A stretch of 38,090 nt of DNA, taken from IMG/VR virus record IMGVR_UViG_3300033067_000976, positions 1-38,090 of that record. One strand, 5' to 3'. Of the stretch, positions 6,519-16,486 are shown piece after piece (position 1 is the stretch's first letter; each line of letters begins with the position of its first letter). Source of the stretch: a virus. Its lineage: Duplodnaviria; Caudoviricetes. Under the pieces are notes generated by a model. The model was not told the DNA's origin. It made no database searches and saw only the letters and a program-made list of their open reading frames with translations. A program made the translations under genes and the position numbers.

Positions 6519-6585
6519 GGTTGTCTCCTCTTTTGTTTTGTGATATGTTGGTTTTGTTGCATGTCATTTTGCTAGTGCATAAATG

Positions 6586-6621
6586 TATAAAACCCGCCCC
6601 AAAATTAGGGCGGGTTTTATA
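6586..6621 (-). terminator. Intrinsic terminator closing the late operon (potentially bidirectional)
   Basis: TATAAAACCCGCCC-8 nt-GGGCGGGTTTTATA immediately after the holin stop. Confidence 0.85.
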
Positions 6622-6873
6622 TTACCGCTTGAGCTGTGGAGGTGTGTCGTAGGTGAACCTGCCGAGCATGGTCAGCTTCTGCTCGCGCTTCTGCTTTACC
6701 ATGGTATAAATCGTTATTGCAAACGATGCCAGGATACCTACTGCAGCTGTAGCACTTGCTGCCTGAGCCCGGAGGTCGTCAGTTACAGCTACTCCCAGGA
6801 TTGGGAGAACCAAGAGCACCAGCTCAATTATGAGCTTTACAATCTTGGCTACGTACTCGCTTGAGTATTCCAT
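6622..6873 (-). CDS. Putative holin
   Basis: 83 aa, two hydrophobic helices, basic C-terminus, next to the lysin. Confidence 0.65.
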   Translation of the reverse strand: MEYSSEYVAKIVKLIIELVLLVLPILGVAVTDDLRAQAASATAAVGILASFAITIYTMVKQKREQKLTMLGRFTYDTPPQLKR

Positions 6874-6903
6874 ATAAATACCTTTCGTTCTTAATTACTA
6901 AAA

Positions 6904-8463
6904 TTATAACTCAGTTAGTGGCACACTGCCATTTGGATCTAATTTAAACGCTCCCGCTAGTACATTTTTTTGGTTCTGATCTGAGAGCTTCAAATAGAAT
7001 ATTACGGTTCTGTTTTCTATAGCCGGCATGTTGGTGTACACAAATCCGCGCTCTGCTAGTTTCGGTATGTCATTGGCTTGGCCTGGCACTACCTTTGGCG
7101 TCTTGAACATATCGGACACTTCATCCCACCGGGCTGCGGTTGGAATCTTTATGTACAACACCTGCAGCGGGCTTGCGGGATCCTTTGCGAATCCTACGTC
7201 CGGCTCATCCGTGCTGTGCACATACGCCATTGGGTTTACGAAATTGCTGAAGCCTGGGTTTGTTACCCCGTTGATGGTAATGCCCCAGTGGGTGTGTGGC
7301 CCAGTTACTTTTCCGGTCTTACCCATCTTGCCTATAACCTGCGCTCTCTGTACTTGGTCGCCTACTCCCACGTTGCCGGAGTCCAGGTGGTTGTAGTGGC
7401 TTGTGCCCCATGCGTGCTGGATGATTACAGTATTCCCCAGGCTTGCGCCACGGTTGCCGGAGTATATAACTTTCCCGGCGTCACACGCTTCTACTGGGTC
7501 GCCTATTTTTCCATTCTTTCCGTTTTTGCAATCTACGCCCGGGTGACCTTTCAGGCCGCGGTTTGCGTAGTACATACCTGGCTGGTCCGGGTCTTTAAAA
7601 TCTTCCCCGAACGCCTGGATCAAGTAGAAATCTTTAAACGGTAAGTGCAGGTCGGCCGGAGCTCCTACTGTTACTGCTGACTCCACAAAGTCCACATCTG
7701 CGAGTGCCTCATAGAATGGCGTTGTAGCTTTTATGTAACAGTAGCCCTCTACTCCAAAGTTTGCGGACCAGGAGTTTTGCACTTGGAACCAGAGCTCACC
7801 GTTTTCCGTTTTCCATCCGACAATCAACATGCGATGGAGTCCTGCGCTGCCGCTGGTATCAAGTACGTTGCCCTTTGCGTCGGTTGCAAAGTAATTGCTT
7901 GGGCAGTTAAATGTCACAGTCACCGGCGTCTCGTGCTCCGTGAGTAAATCTCGTACGTGATCTATGGTGCTCGCCCATACGTACCCTGTGCTCCGGTGTT
8001 GGAACGCGTCAGCCAACAGTATCTCTTCTACGTCGGCCGGGATTTCTATAAATTCTGCATGGTTCGAGTACGGCGTGTTTAGTATCCCTTTGCGCGGTAC
8101 TCCATAGTCGGTCCGGATCTTGGCCGCTATGGCTGGGTAGGTTCCCTCCTGGCCTGGCTGGCCGTCCATGCGTTTACAGAGTGCATACAGCGCCCGGTAG
8201 TCACCCTCGAACGGTCTGCCCTCGTCTTTCTCCTGGTACTCACATTCTTTTGCATGTGAGGCTCCCACACAGGATCCATAGTCCTGGTTTGTTATGCCCA
8301 GGCTCTTGTCGAACAAGCTAAAATTCTCCGGGTATACTTTCGCCGCGGTTACCGTTGCTGGTACTAGCGAGTCGTACCGGATCCTACGTGGATCCGGTGG
8401 ACTTGCCTTTGCTCCCAGCTGGTGGTTTGGTACTTGAGTGGTCGTTGCTAACTTTTTACTCAT
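6904..8463 (-). CDS. Modular lysin: papain-like C1 peptidase + M23 endopeptidase + C-terminal domain
   Basis: C1: NQDYGSCV, HRMLIVGW, VQNSW. M23: GHPGVD, YNHL, GPHTH. Confidence 0.85.
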   Translation of the reverse strand: MSKKLATTTQVPNHQLGAKASPPDPRRIRYDSLVPATVTAAKVYPENFSLFDKSLGITNQDYGSCVGASHAKECEYQEKDEGRPFEGDYRALYALCKRMDGQPGQEGTYPAIAAKIRTDYGVPRKGILNTPYSNHAEFIEIPADVEEILLADAFQHRSTGYVWASTIDHVRDLLTEHETPVTVTFNCPSNYFATDAKGNVLDTSGSAGLHRMLIVGWKTENGELWFQVQNSWSANFGVEGYCYIKATTPFYEALADVDFVESAVTVGAPADLHLPFKDFYLIQAFGEDFKDPDQPGMYYANRGLKGHPGVDCKNGKNGKIGDPVEACDAGKVIYSGNRGASLGNTVIIQHAWGTSHYNHLDSGNVGVGDQVQRAQVIGKMGKTGKVTGPHTHWGITINGVTNPGFSNFVNPMAYVHSTDEPDVGFAKDPASPLQVLYIKIPTAARWDEVSDMFKTPKVVPGQANDIPKLAERGFVYTNMPAIENRTVIFYLKLSDQNQKNVLAGAFKLDPNGSVPLTEL

Positions 8464-11400
8464 TTGTGTTTTCTCCCTGGTTCTGACCTCCGTTCAGATC
8501 CAATTTAATATTGTCTCCTGGCTTTAGTGGCACACCCCGGATTGTCTCCAGGTAGTACCGATATGCTCCTCCCAGTCTTTGCCGCTGCTCTGCATTTAAC
8601 CAGAGCAAAAACTTTTTGCGATCATTCTTGCTTGGATCCGTGGCACCCTTGGAAAGTCCGTAGAGCGGATCAGCTGCATCAAGCGATTTGTCCAGGTCTT
8701 TCGGACTTACTCCTAAATCTCCGAGTTTCTTCAGCTGAGCGGCCGCTGTTTTGCTGTCGCCGTATTTGAGTGCTGTCTTGTAGTCTCTGAACGCTTCACT
8801 GCGTGGTGTTGAGTAGCTGCTGTCTCCCTCTCGGCCGAGCTCTTTTTCCATAAACTGCCGCTTCAAACTTTGGATCTGATCGTATGCTATGGAGTCCGGG
8901 TCGTAGCTGGTAAATATTGTATCTTTCCAGCTATCTCCATAGCCGCGTATGGGTTTGCCATTTAGCATTCTGTATTCTGTGTCGAGACTAAACGCGCCGG
9001 CCAGGTTCTGCCACGGATCCCTCACTACTCTCGGGTTGAATACGTCTGGGAAGAAGCTGCGCTTGGATAGAAATTCGACCGGGGTTTTAATTGCCGGCGT
9101 CACGCCCTGTAGTACTTTGTTCACCGGAGCTTTAAGTCGGTTCTTTATGATTGTCTCCATATCCAGCTGGCCATCATTCAGCTGCTGCAGCTCGGTCGGG
9201 AATTGGTTCAAACCGAACCACTCCACAAAATCTGCCAGGGAGGATTGCAATCGCATGATCCGCACTTCTCCGTTTTTGTCTTTACCGAGGTTAATGTGCA
9301 GCCGGCGCCGGTCGTAGTCTGAGAGCAGTGCCTCATCCTCTCCGTGGAACATTTGGTTGTACAGTTGCATCGCTCCCCAGACTGCAGCAACGCGGACCAG
9401 AAACGCTGTTAAGTTAAAGCTAAACTTTACACCCGTGCTCGCTACTATACGCGCGCCACCTGCAGCGCCGCTCCATCCGCTCTTGCGCTCGCCTCCGGAT
9501 CCTCCGGTATAAAATGCATTTTTGAATAACCGCTGGTAGCGTACAAAGTTTACTTCCATCCAGGAGTAGAACGGTATCAGTGTTTGCCTGAGCTCTTTTC
9601 CTGTTGCGGATAGTGCCGCGTAGTCCCCCAGTAATTCCCGGGAAAGTTTGGCCGCTTTATCTTTTGGATCCGTGAGTGCATTAATCTCGGCCGGGATACT
9701 CGCCCCGTAGTTCTTCAGCGGCCGTGTGCCTGCAGCCTGGACCTGCTCGAGATATTTTAAATATGCTGCGTAACGGAATATCTGCTCTCTAAAATTCGAG
9801 AAGTTTTTGACTGCATTCCAATATCCGGATATTACTCCGAATCCCTTTTTGGCTATGGAGCTCTTTTGCGATTCCACCTGGCTCTTAAATATTTTTAGAG
9901 TGCTGATGTCTGGGATTTCCTGCGCGGTGATATTGCTCTCGAGTCCACCTCTGTCAAAGAAGTCTTGCATGTCCGGGCTCATGGCCTTGTTCCCGTAGTA
10001 CACATCGTAGAGCTCGCTTACTGCGCGTTTTACTTTGGTGAGTACCCGGGGGTTGCCGGCAATGAGTGCGTCCATATCACCCACAAAGTTTTGCAGGTTG
10101 TATCTGATTGCCCGGCGTGGGTTAAAGAGCACCCATACTTTCCACATGCTGGTTAGTTCTCTGGTAAATTTCTTCAGCGCAAATTCGTCCCTAAACTTTA
10201 CCAGCTCGTTCAATGTGGCCGCGACTTCATCCACCAGCGCAAACTCTTCATTCGGCCCGCCAAGTACTGTTACATTTCGGAGCTCCTCTTTGGTAATCTC
10301 CAAGCTTTCCACTGCGTCGCTCATGAGCTGCTTGGCCAGCCGTTCCGGAATCGAGTTTGCCCGGTAGAAAACATTGCCCTCTTTTGGCTGCCATGTGCTG
10401 TACCCTGCCGGGATGAAATCGTGCCAGTCGACTGGTGGGTGGCCGGCGCGGATCTGGTCGCCTATCTTCCGTGCTATTTCATTCGTGGCTTTGCCCAGGC
10501 GGGTACTGTTATCTCCCACCGTGAACTTTTCCTCAATCATCCTGGCTGCTTTTATAAGCTCATCTTCAGTGGCCAGCGGTCCTTTGTCTTGGTCAAAGTT
10601 TACAGTCCCATCGAGTGCGGCATTTACCTGCTTCAGTGTGTCTTGTATTACCGGCTTTATGTTGTGCGGCGACTGCTTGACCGACTCTATCACTTTGGCC
10701 GTTTCAATATCTACCATCCCTTGTGCCATCACCTCAAATTCTGCCTGGAGGTAATCGGAGTTTATATCCAGCTCGGATCCGTGGCGTTGCTTTTGGTAGC
10801 CGCGCTTTACTACCCGGAGTCGCTCGCCGGTTCCTTTCACCCTGAGTGGATCCTGCGCGTAGGAGATAACCTGGTGGCGGAAGTAATCCTCTTTCACCTG
10901 GTCCTTGGTTAGCACTTTGTATTTCACTAAGTCTTGCTGCAGCGCTTGCATCATGGTTGCCCGGCGTCCGAGGGCTGTCGCCACATCCGGGTTTGCTTGG
11001 ATGTATCGATTTACTGTTTCGATATCCACTTCCACCGCTTCAGGAGTAAATCCGAACGGAAGCTTCCGGCCGGCGGCAGCCTCCCGGGAGAAGTCGTCGA
11101 GCATTATTTTGCGGGTTAACAAATCCATTTTCTTCGGCCCTAAGTCACCCACTACTGCCTGCAGCATGCGCACTGCTTTGTCTGCCATTATTTCTTTTGC
11201 ACTCTGGTGGTGGCGTAGGAGCTCACGGAGTGGCGCAAACTCGGCGGTCTTGGGCATATGCTTATATTCCCGAGTGAAGCTCCGAAATGTTTCCGCAATA
11301 TATTCTTTTAGCCTGGCCGCCCTCGACGTCTGATCACCCTTTAGTCCTTTGCTTGCCTGGTAGCGGGCCTCTACGTTTTCGTCACTGAAGCGGATCTCCC

Positions 11401-14400
11401 CCTCCATGCTTGATGCTCCCGGGCGCTTGATTGTATCGTCCACAGCGGGCCGTTTAAACTTAGCCCTGTCTTCCACCTGCAGCCCAATGCTAGGCGCCGG
11501 CACTTCGCCTATGCGCTCGTTGGTAACTTCTGCGAGTGCCTGGCTGGCCGCTCTGAGTGAGTCCGCCGGCGTTTCGATCGGCTGGTCTGCGCGCCTGAGC
11601 AATACTTCCGTTTCTTGGTTTGGCATCTTCGGGAACGGATTCATTGTGCCCGGTATCTCACTAAACCGCGGTACTGCATTGTCGTAGTAAATTACCCGGT
11701 CCAGCACCTCCGGAGTTAGTTCTAATTCCTGTAGTGGCCGGTCACCCCTGGCAAAATACTCATCCGGTTTTACTGCCCAGGAGCTGCCCTGCAGGTCACC
11801 ATAGCGGTATATTTTCTTAATACCATCTTTCTGCAACTGGTCCCTGGATATTGCAGCTATCTCTTTTGCCACTGCCGGGCTCTCTGTTATTGCTTTGGTT
11901 AGTTGCCGATATGCATTTTTTATATTCTCATCATCTCCCGCTAATTTAAACGCGCGGAGAGAGTCAATCATTTTCTCTACCTGGTCGCCCCATTCTTCAG
12001 TGATTTGTTCTATCTTTACCTCTGGGGCAGTTACGTTTTCAGCCATTACTTTTTTCACGGCTGCAGTCACTAATTTTGTTGGCTTCAGCTCAGAGCGTTT
12101 CATAGTTGCCGGTTCCAACTTTGACGTGGCGAGTGTGTTCTTCTCCAGTTTCCCATCAACACCCTGAATCCTGAATCCCTGGACTGTCTCCTCAGTTGCG
12201 CCGGTCGCAATGAAAGCCCCACCGTCCGAGGTTGTATATACACCTCCGAATGGGTAGGTGCTACGGCCTTGTTTAGCGTTTTCAATTAAGATCTGTTTTT
12301 GTGTTTTGGTGAACTTTGCCGGCTCTGTGTTCTGTGCTTCGAGCAGCGGATCCGTTACACGCCTGGACGCTCCAAACGCCTGGACCGCCTGGACTTTGTC
12401 CTTTGGTGTAATTTTTGTTTCAAACCAGGTATTACCATATTCATCGGTAATTGTTTTTAGATCCGGGCGAATCCGCTCCAAGTACTTGTGCAGCTCAGAT
12501 TCGTAGAATTTATATATTGGATTTTCCGCATCTACTTTGGCGTTGATATCGTACGATTCCTCGTAGTTTACTATCGATGGGTTTTTTAATTTCTCAGCCA
12601 CCGTCTCGCCGGCTATGCTTCTGAGTGCCGATTCTGTGACTGCTTTAAATTTTCCATTCCCCAGGTCTTCAGTTACGTATATTACTTGTGCATCGCCCTC
12701 CGTAGATCTGACAATCTGCGCGCCTGGTTTTATATCCTCTGGCTTTACGTTCCCAGTATCTGCCGGGTCTAGTGATTCTTGGTATTTATCCCAGTTTTCC
12801 TGAGTAGTAAACTGTGTACTCTGTGTCAAGCCCTCGATTTTCATGGCGGTTTCTCCGGTTGGAAAACGTAGCCTTTTTATACTCTCGTTTGCTGCTGCCC
12901 GGATTTCTTCATTCACTATTCGTTCTTGCCACAGGTCCTCAAATGCCTTTAGCCTATCCACTTCTGCATCCCTATTTTCTATCAGCTGTTTGGTGGTACC
13001 GGCCGGCTTGACTTCTGTATTGCCAAATTTACCAGTACTGACAAGTTCATTGTTAGTACCCTCTATTGGCGTTGCAGTTTGCTTTATTCTTTCTTGTTCA
13101 ATTCTACCCCTTTGGAATAAGTCGCTTTGTATTTCAGATACTCGGCGTACACCCCCATCCGCCAGGTCTTCTGTACGTGCATGCGCAAAGTAGTGCTCTG
13201 GTGTCCCAGGCCTTGTGATTATAAAATTACCCGCTTCATCATTCGTGCTCCTTACTGATCGTTTCCAGTGTATATTCCCGGCTTTGGTCTGTATCGGACT
13301 TTCATATATATGCTCCTGATACCTCAGCTTTTTCGCATCATCTAATACTGTGATCGCACTGTAGTCTGTGTTTGGTAAACGGTTTTTTACACCCGTGGTG
13401 AAATCTTCGGTCGATGTAACTCTTGTGAGGGGTAGTAATTCGAGTTCTACTGCTTTCCCAAACTCTTCAGCGCTCACCCGCTCGCCGTCTGGGAACATGT
13501 CTAATACGCGATTAACAAGATCTCGCTCGACTTTCCGTATTTCCGGTTTGCGAGTAAGGTCTTGTATAAACTGCTTGCTGACTTTTTCTTTACCCTTTAG
13601 GTCTTCGAGGATGTTGGTTGTGAGCTGCTTTGGTCCGGCGTACCCTCGAACATTTGACTTACCGTTTGCAGCAGCACCGCGCCCTTTGGACTCAGCATTG
13701 GCCTGTGATAGGTCGGCAGCTTCAGCCCTGGCTGTGGCGAGCTCTCGTTGTTGTCGTCCATATACTTCTAATTTATTAATTGTCTCTTTAAGTTTTGAAT
13801 ATTGTACGTCCGGCTCCGCGCTGTAGGCGAACGTATAATTTGCTCCGTTTGCTAGGTTACTTTCTGCTATGTCTTTTAAATCATCAAGCGCCGTACCGCG
13901 ATACCTGTCTATCGTATTAAGTATGCGGGACTTAGTCCAGCCGCGGTTTTTGAACCACTCCGGGAATGTACTTGGTATTGCATACCACTCGCCCTGGTCA
14001 TTGCTTGCGCGTTGTCCAGCTTCGCCCCCTAGCACTTCCTCCCGCATGTTGGTTTTGATTTCTTCTTTTACCATACGGTCCACTTCCTCTTGGAGCGCTA
14101 TCTGGAATTCGCTCGCCATGTCCGCCTTTTCGTATGCAGTGGTCAAACCGTATTGCTCTTGCATAACCGTATCAAAGTTTTGCAACTCTACCGTGCCGGC
14201 TGCGTCAAACTTCTCCCGGACAAATTGCCGGATCACCTCTGCTCGGTCAAGACCGCCGGCACCAATTGGGCTTGATGCCTCTTCGGCGGCAGCCATGTTA
14301 TCAAAGTGTGAGTTATCTGCCCCGGCTTTGTATTCTTGATTGAGCTCGTTTAATAATGCCCGGCGTTCGGATAGAGTCTCGCCGTTCACGGTTGATGGGT

Positions 14401-16474
14401 GCGCTGCCAGGGGTCTTGTTGAGTGCTTATATACCACTCGTGCCAGTTCTGCCTGGAGTTGCTGCAGCTGTGGTTCCGCTGCCTGGATCCCGGCTTCGTC
14501 CCGGACTGTGCTTTCTATTTGCTGAATCTGCTGAATGATGTCGTTTGCTTCCGGTGGCAAAGTGTCCACGTTAAATGCCTGAGCGCGGGTGAGCACGTCT
14601 GCTGCCTGGGGGTGCGCCGCGGCGAACTCCTGCCTGTTTACTTCTCTACCAAACCTGGTTATTGATTTTCCGTTAGTTGCGTCGAGATGAATCTGCGCGT
14701 ATCCCTGTGCGGCCTTTGGTATCACGCTTGTTTCCCGGCTTAGGTAGTCGAGCTCTTGAGGAGTGAGCTTTGTATAAATCTTTTCACCGTTGGCTACAAC
14801 ACTGAGCACCGATGGAGCTGTGAGTTGCTCAATCGGTGGCTGTTGTACTTGTGGGATCTCTGGCCCGGCTTTTATTTGTTCCGGTTGTGCGGCTGCTACT
14901 TGTTGTTTAGTATCATTTGCTACCAGCTTCTCTACTGCAGGCGCTGCTTGGGCTATGCCGTCTTGTAGTTCTGTAATATCCGCTTGCAGCTCTGGTGTGA
15001 TGGATTTTGGCAGAGTCTTGATTGTTGCCTCGAGCTGGGTGGTTAAATGGGTCAGCCCGGCCGTATCCCGGTTTTGTATTAAAGTCTGAGCCTGAGTCGC
15101 TAGTTCCTTAAGCGCTACGCTTGCCGTTCTGCTTGCTACGTTGGTTATTTGAGGCAGGGCGGTACTTAGTGCCGTCTCGGCTGCTTTCGCCGCTCCTGTG
15201 GCCTCCTGTGGCGTCACGCTAGTGGCTGGAACCTCTGTAATTCCATTTTTTGAGGCATTCAGTGCCGGAGCCTCGCTTGCCGGTGTTCCTGCCTCATTTA
15301 CCGGCGTTGTGCGTGTTGGTTCAATCGCGGCCTCTCCGGGGACGGGAACCTTGGCCGGTGTGCCTATAAAACGTCTGGCTACTTTCGACATCATGAATCC
15401 ACCTTTGTCGGTCGGCGTTACGGTCACCAGCTGTCCGTCTTGTGTTACTCCGAATTTTGTTTGGTCCTGCAGCAGCGTTTCACCCTCTGCCAGGTGTGTA
15501 GATAAATCATTGCCGCGGGGTTTTACTGTCTCGCCTTTCACACCACCCGGTGCATTGGTTTTAATATTTCCCTCTGCATCTGTATACGCAACAGTCCCGG
15601 ATCCGCTTTTCAGCATAACCGGGGTTTGCTCATATTTAAATATTTTATTAAGTCCGCCCTGGAACTTGTTACCTACTGCTCCGACCGTTCCCACGAAAGC
15701 GCTCGATGCATTGAGCTGGTCTACCAATACGCTCCATGGGGCGAGTGCCGGGTCCCAGTGCTCATTTTCTATTTTGCTCTTTACCTGGCTTTGCGGACTC
15801 TCGAAATCCATGCCGAGTACGTGGACCTTACCTGCCTTGTTGCCAGTTATTTCTTCCTGGATACCAAGTGCAGGATTTACTACTGCGCCCAGGGTGAAGC
15901 TTCCTACTCCGCTTGCTACTTGCTTTGTCGCCCCCGGGGAGGCTTTTAAAATATCGGTATTGCTAACTTCGTTAAAACTTGGATCTTGCCCGGCCTCTTT
16001 TATTGCCTGTGGTAAATCTAACGCTGCGCCCAGTCCGGCCGCTCTGGTTAGATTGTTCAAAACATTATTTGCAATGTCTCCGCCTTTCCAGAATATATCC
16101 TTTGCTTTGTCTTTCCACCCACTCTTCTGCGGCTGTGAGTCGGCCGGATATACTGCCGGGTCGGTTTTAACCGGGACACTAGTCTGCGTTGCCGGCGGAG
16201 CTTTTGGGGGCTGGAATGTTACCTGCGTTACTTTGCCGGTTTTTCCGGTCACATTGAAAGGCTTACTAAAGTCGACCGGCCCTTGCATAGTTTCCAGCTT
16301 CTGTTTCAGCTGTCCTATGGAGTCGCTGAACTCGCTTTGGTATGCTTCTTCCGCTTGCTTTTTCTTTTTTTCGGCAGTAGTTACGCGCTCGAAGAATGTC
16401 GCCGGCGCGTTCGGGGTGGCCGGAGTCTTAGCTGCGACTCCCCCTGCTGCCCGTTCGTAGAAGCTCTGTGGCAT
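8456..16474 (-). CDS. Giant internal virion/ejection protein (large polyvalent protein, LPD38-like C-terminus)
   Basis: 2672 aa, last of the podovirus ejection-gene block. C-terminal DYAALS...LIPFYSW...P.IKTPVE pattern typical of such proteins; several internal enzyme-like modules. Confidence 0.8.
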   Translation of the reverse strand: MPQSFYERAAGGVAAKTPATPNAPATFFERVTTAEKKKKQAEEAYQSEFSDSIGQLKQKLETMQGPVDFSKPFNVTGKTGKVTQVTFQPPKAPPATQTSVPVKTDPAVYPADSQPQKSGWKDKAKDIFWKGGDIANNVLNNLTRAAGLGAALDLPQAIKEAGQDPSFNEVSNTDILKASPGATKQVASGVGSFTLGAVVNPALGIQEEITGNKAGKVHVLGMDFESPQSQVKSKIENEHWDPALAPWSVLVDQLNASSAFVGTVGAVGNKFQGGLNKIFKYEQTPVMLKSGSGTVAYTDAEGNIKTNAPGGVKGETVKPRGNDLSTHLAEGETLLQDQTKFGVTQDGQLVTVTPTDKGGFMMSKVARRFIGTPAKVPVPGEAAIEPTRTTPVNEAGTPASEAPALNASKNGITEVPATSVTPQEATGAAKAAETALSTALPQITNVASRTASVALKELATQAQTLIQNRDTAGLTHLTTQLEATIKTLPKSITPELQADITELQDGIAQAAPAVEKLVANDTKQQVAAAQPEQIKAGPEIPQVQQPPIEQLTAPSVLSVVANGEKIYTKLTPQELDYLSRETSVIPKAAQGYAQIHLDATNGKSITRFGREVNRQEFAAAHPQAADVLTRAQAFNVDTLPPEANDIIQQIQQIESTVRDEAGIQAAEPQLQQLQAELARVVYKHSTRPLAAHPSTVNGETLSERRALLNELNQEYKAGADNSHFDNMAAAEEASSPIGAGGLDRAEVIRQFVREKFDAAGTVELQNFDTVMQEQYGLTTAYEKADMASEFQIALQEEVDRMVKEEIKTNMREEVLGGEAGQRASNDQGEWYAIPSTFPEWFKNRGWTKSRILNTIDRYRGTALDDLKDIAESNLANGANYTFAYSAEPDVQYSKLKETINKLEVYGRQQRELATARAEAADLSQANAESKGRGAAANGKSNVRGYAGPKQLTTNILEDLKGKEKVSKQFIQDLTRKPEIRKVERDLVNRVLDMFPDGERVSAEEFGKAVELELLPLTRVTSTEDFTTGVKNRLPNTDYSAITVLDDAKKLRYQEHIYESPIQTKAGNIHWKRSVRSTNDEAGNFIITRPGTPEHYFAHARTEDLADGGVRRVSEIQSDLFQRGRIEQERIKQTATPIEGTNNELVSTGKFGNTEVKPAGTTKQLIENRDAEVDRLKAFEDLWQERIVNEEIRAAANESIKRLRFPTGETAMKIEGLTQSTQFTTQENWDKYQESLDPADTGNVKPEDIKPGAQIVRSTEGDAQVIYVTEDLGNGKFKAVTESALRSIAGETVAEKLKNPSIVNYEESYDINAKVDAENPIYKFYESELHKYLERIRPDLKTITDEYGNTWFETKITPKDKVQAVQAFGASRRVTDPLLEAQNTEPAKFTKTQKQILIENAKQGRSTYPFGGVYTTSDGGAFIATGATEETVQGFRIQGVDGKLEKNTLATSKLEPATMKRSELKPTKLVTAAVKKVMAENVTAPEVKIEQITEEWGDQVEKMIDSLRAFKLAGDDENIKNAYRQLTKAITESPAVAKEIAAISRDQLQKDGIKKIYRYGDLQGSSWAVKPDEYFARGDRPLQELELTPEVLDRVIYYDNAVPRFSEIPGTMNPFPKMPNQETEVLLRRADQPIETPADSLRAASQALAEVTNERIGEVPAPSIGLQVEDRAKFKRPAVDDTIKRPGASSMEGEIRFSDENVEARYQASKGLKGDQTSRAARLKEYIAETFRSFTREYKHMPKTAEFAPLRELLRHHQSAKEIMADKAVRMLQAVVGDLGPKKMDLLTRKIMLDDFSREAAAGRKLPFGFTPEAVEVDIETVNRYIQANPDVATALGRRATMMQALQQDLVKYKVLTKDQVKEDYFRHQVISYAQDPLRVKGTGERLRVVKRGYQKQRHGSELDINSDYLQAEFEVMAQGMVDIETAKVIESVKQSPHNIKPVIQDTLKQVNAALDGTVNFDQDKGPLATEDELIKAARMIEEKFTVGDNSTRLGKATNEIARKIGDQIRAGHPPVDWHDFIPAGYSTWQPKEGNVFYRANSIPERLAKQLMSDAVESLEITKEELRNVTVLGGPNEEFALVDEVAATLNELVKFRDEFALKKFTRELTSMWKVWVLFNPRRAIRYNLQNFVGDMDALIAGNPRVLTKVKRAVSELYDVYYGNKAMSPDMQDFFDRGGLESNITAQEIPDISTLKIFKSQVESQKSSIAKKGFGVISGYWNAVKNFSNFREQIFRYAAYLKYLEQVQAAGTRPLKNYGASIPAEINALTDPKDKAAKLSRELLGDYAALSATGKELRQTLIPFYSWMEVNFVRYQRLFKNAFYTGGSGGERKSGWSGAAGGARIVASTGVKFSFNLTAFLVRVAAVWGAMQLYNQMFHGEDEALLSDYDRRRLHINLGKDKNGEVRIMRLQSSLADFVEWFGLNQFPTELQQLNDGQLDMETIIKNRLKAPVNKVLQGVTPAIKTPVEFLSKRSFFPDVFNPRVVRDPWQNLAGAFSLDTEYRMLNGKPIRGYGDSWKDTIFTSYDPDSIAYDQIQSLKRQFMEKELGREGDSSYSTPRSEAFRDYKTALKYGDSKTAAAQLKKLGDLGVSPKDLDKSLDAADPLYGLSKGATDPSKNDRKKFLLWLNAEQRQRLGGAYRYYLETIRGVPLKPGDNIKLDLNGGQNQGENTNE

Positions 16475-16486
16475 GATGTTTTCCTT

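Noticed and set aside
5755-6621. CRISPR mini-array or tRNA in the control region
   Set aside because: No direct repeats with spacers and no cloverleaf or T-loop signature found.
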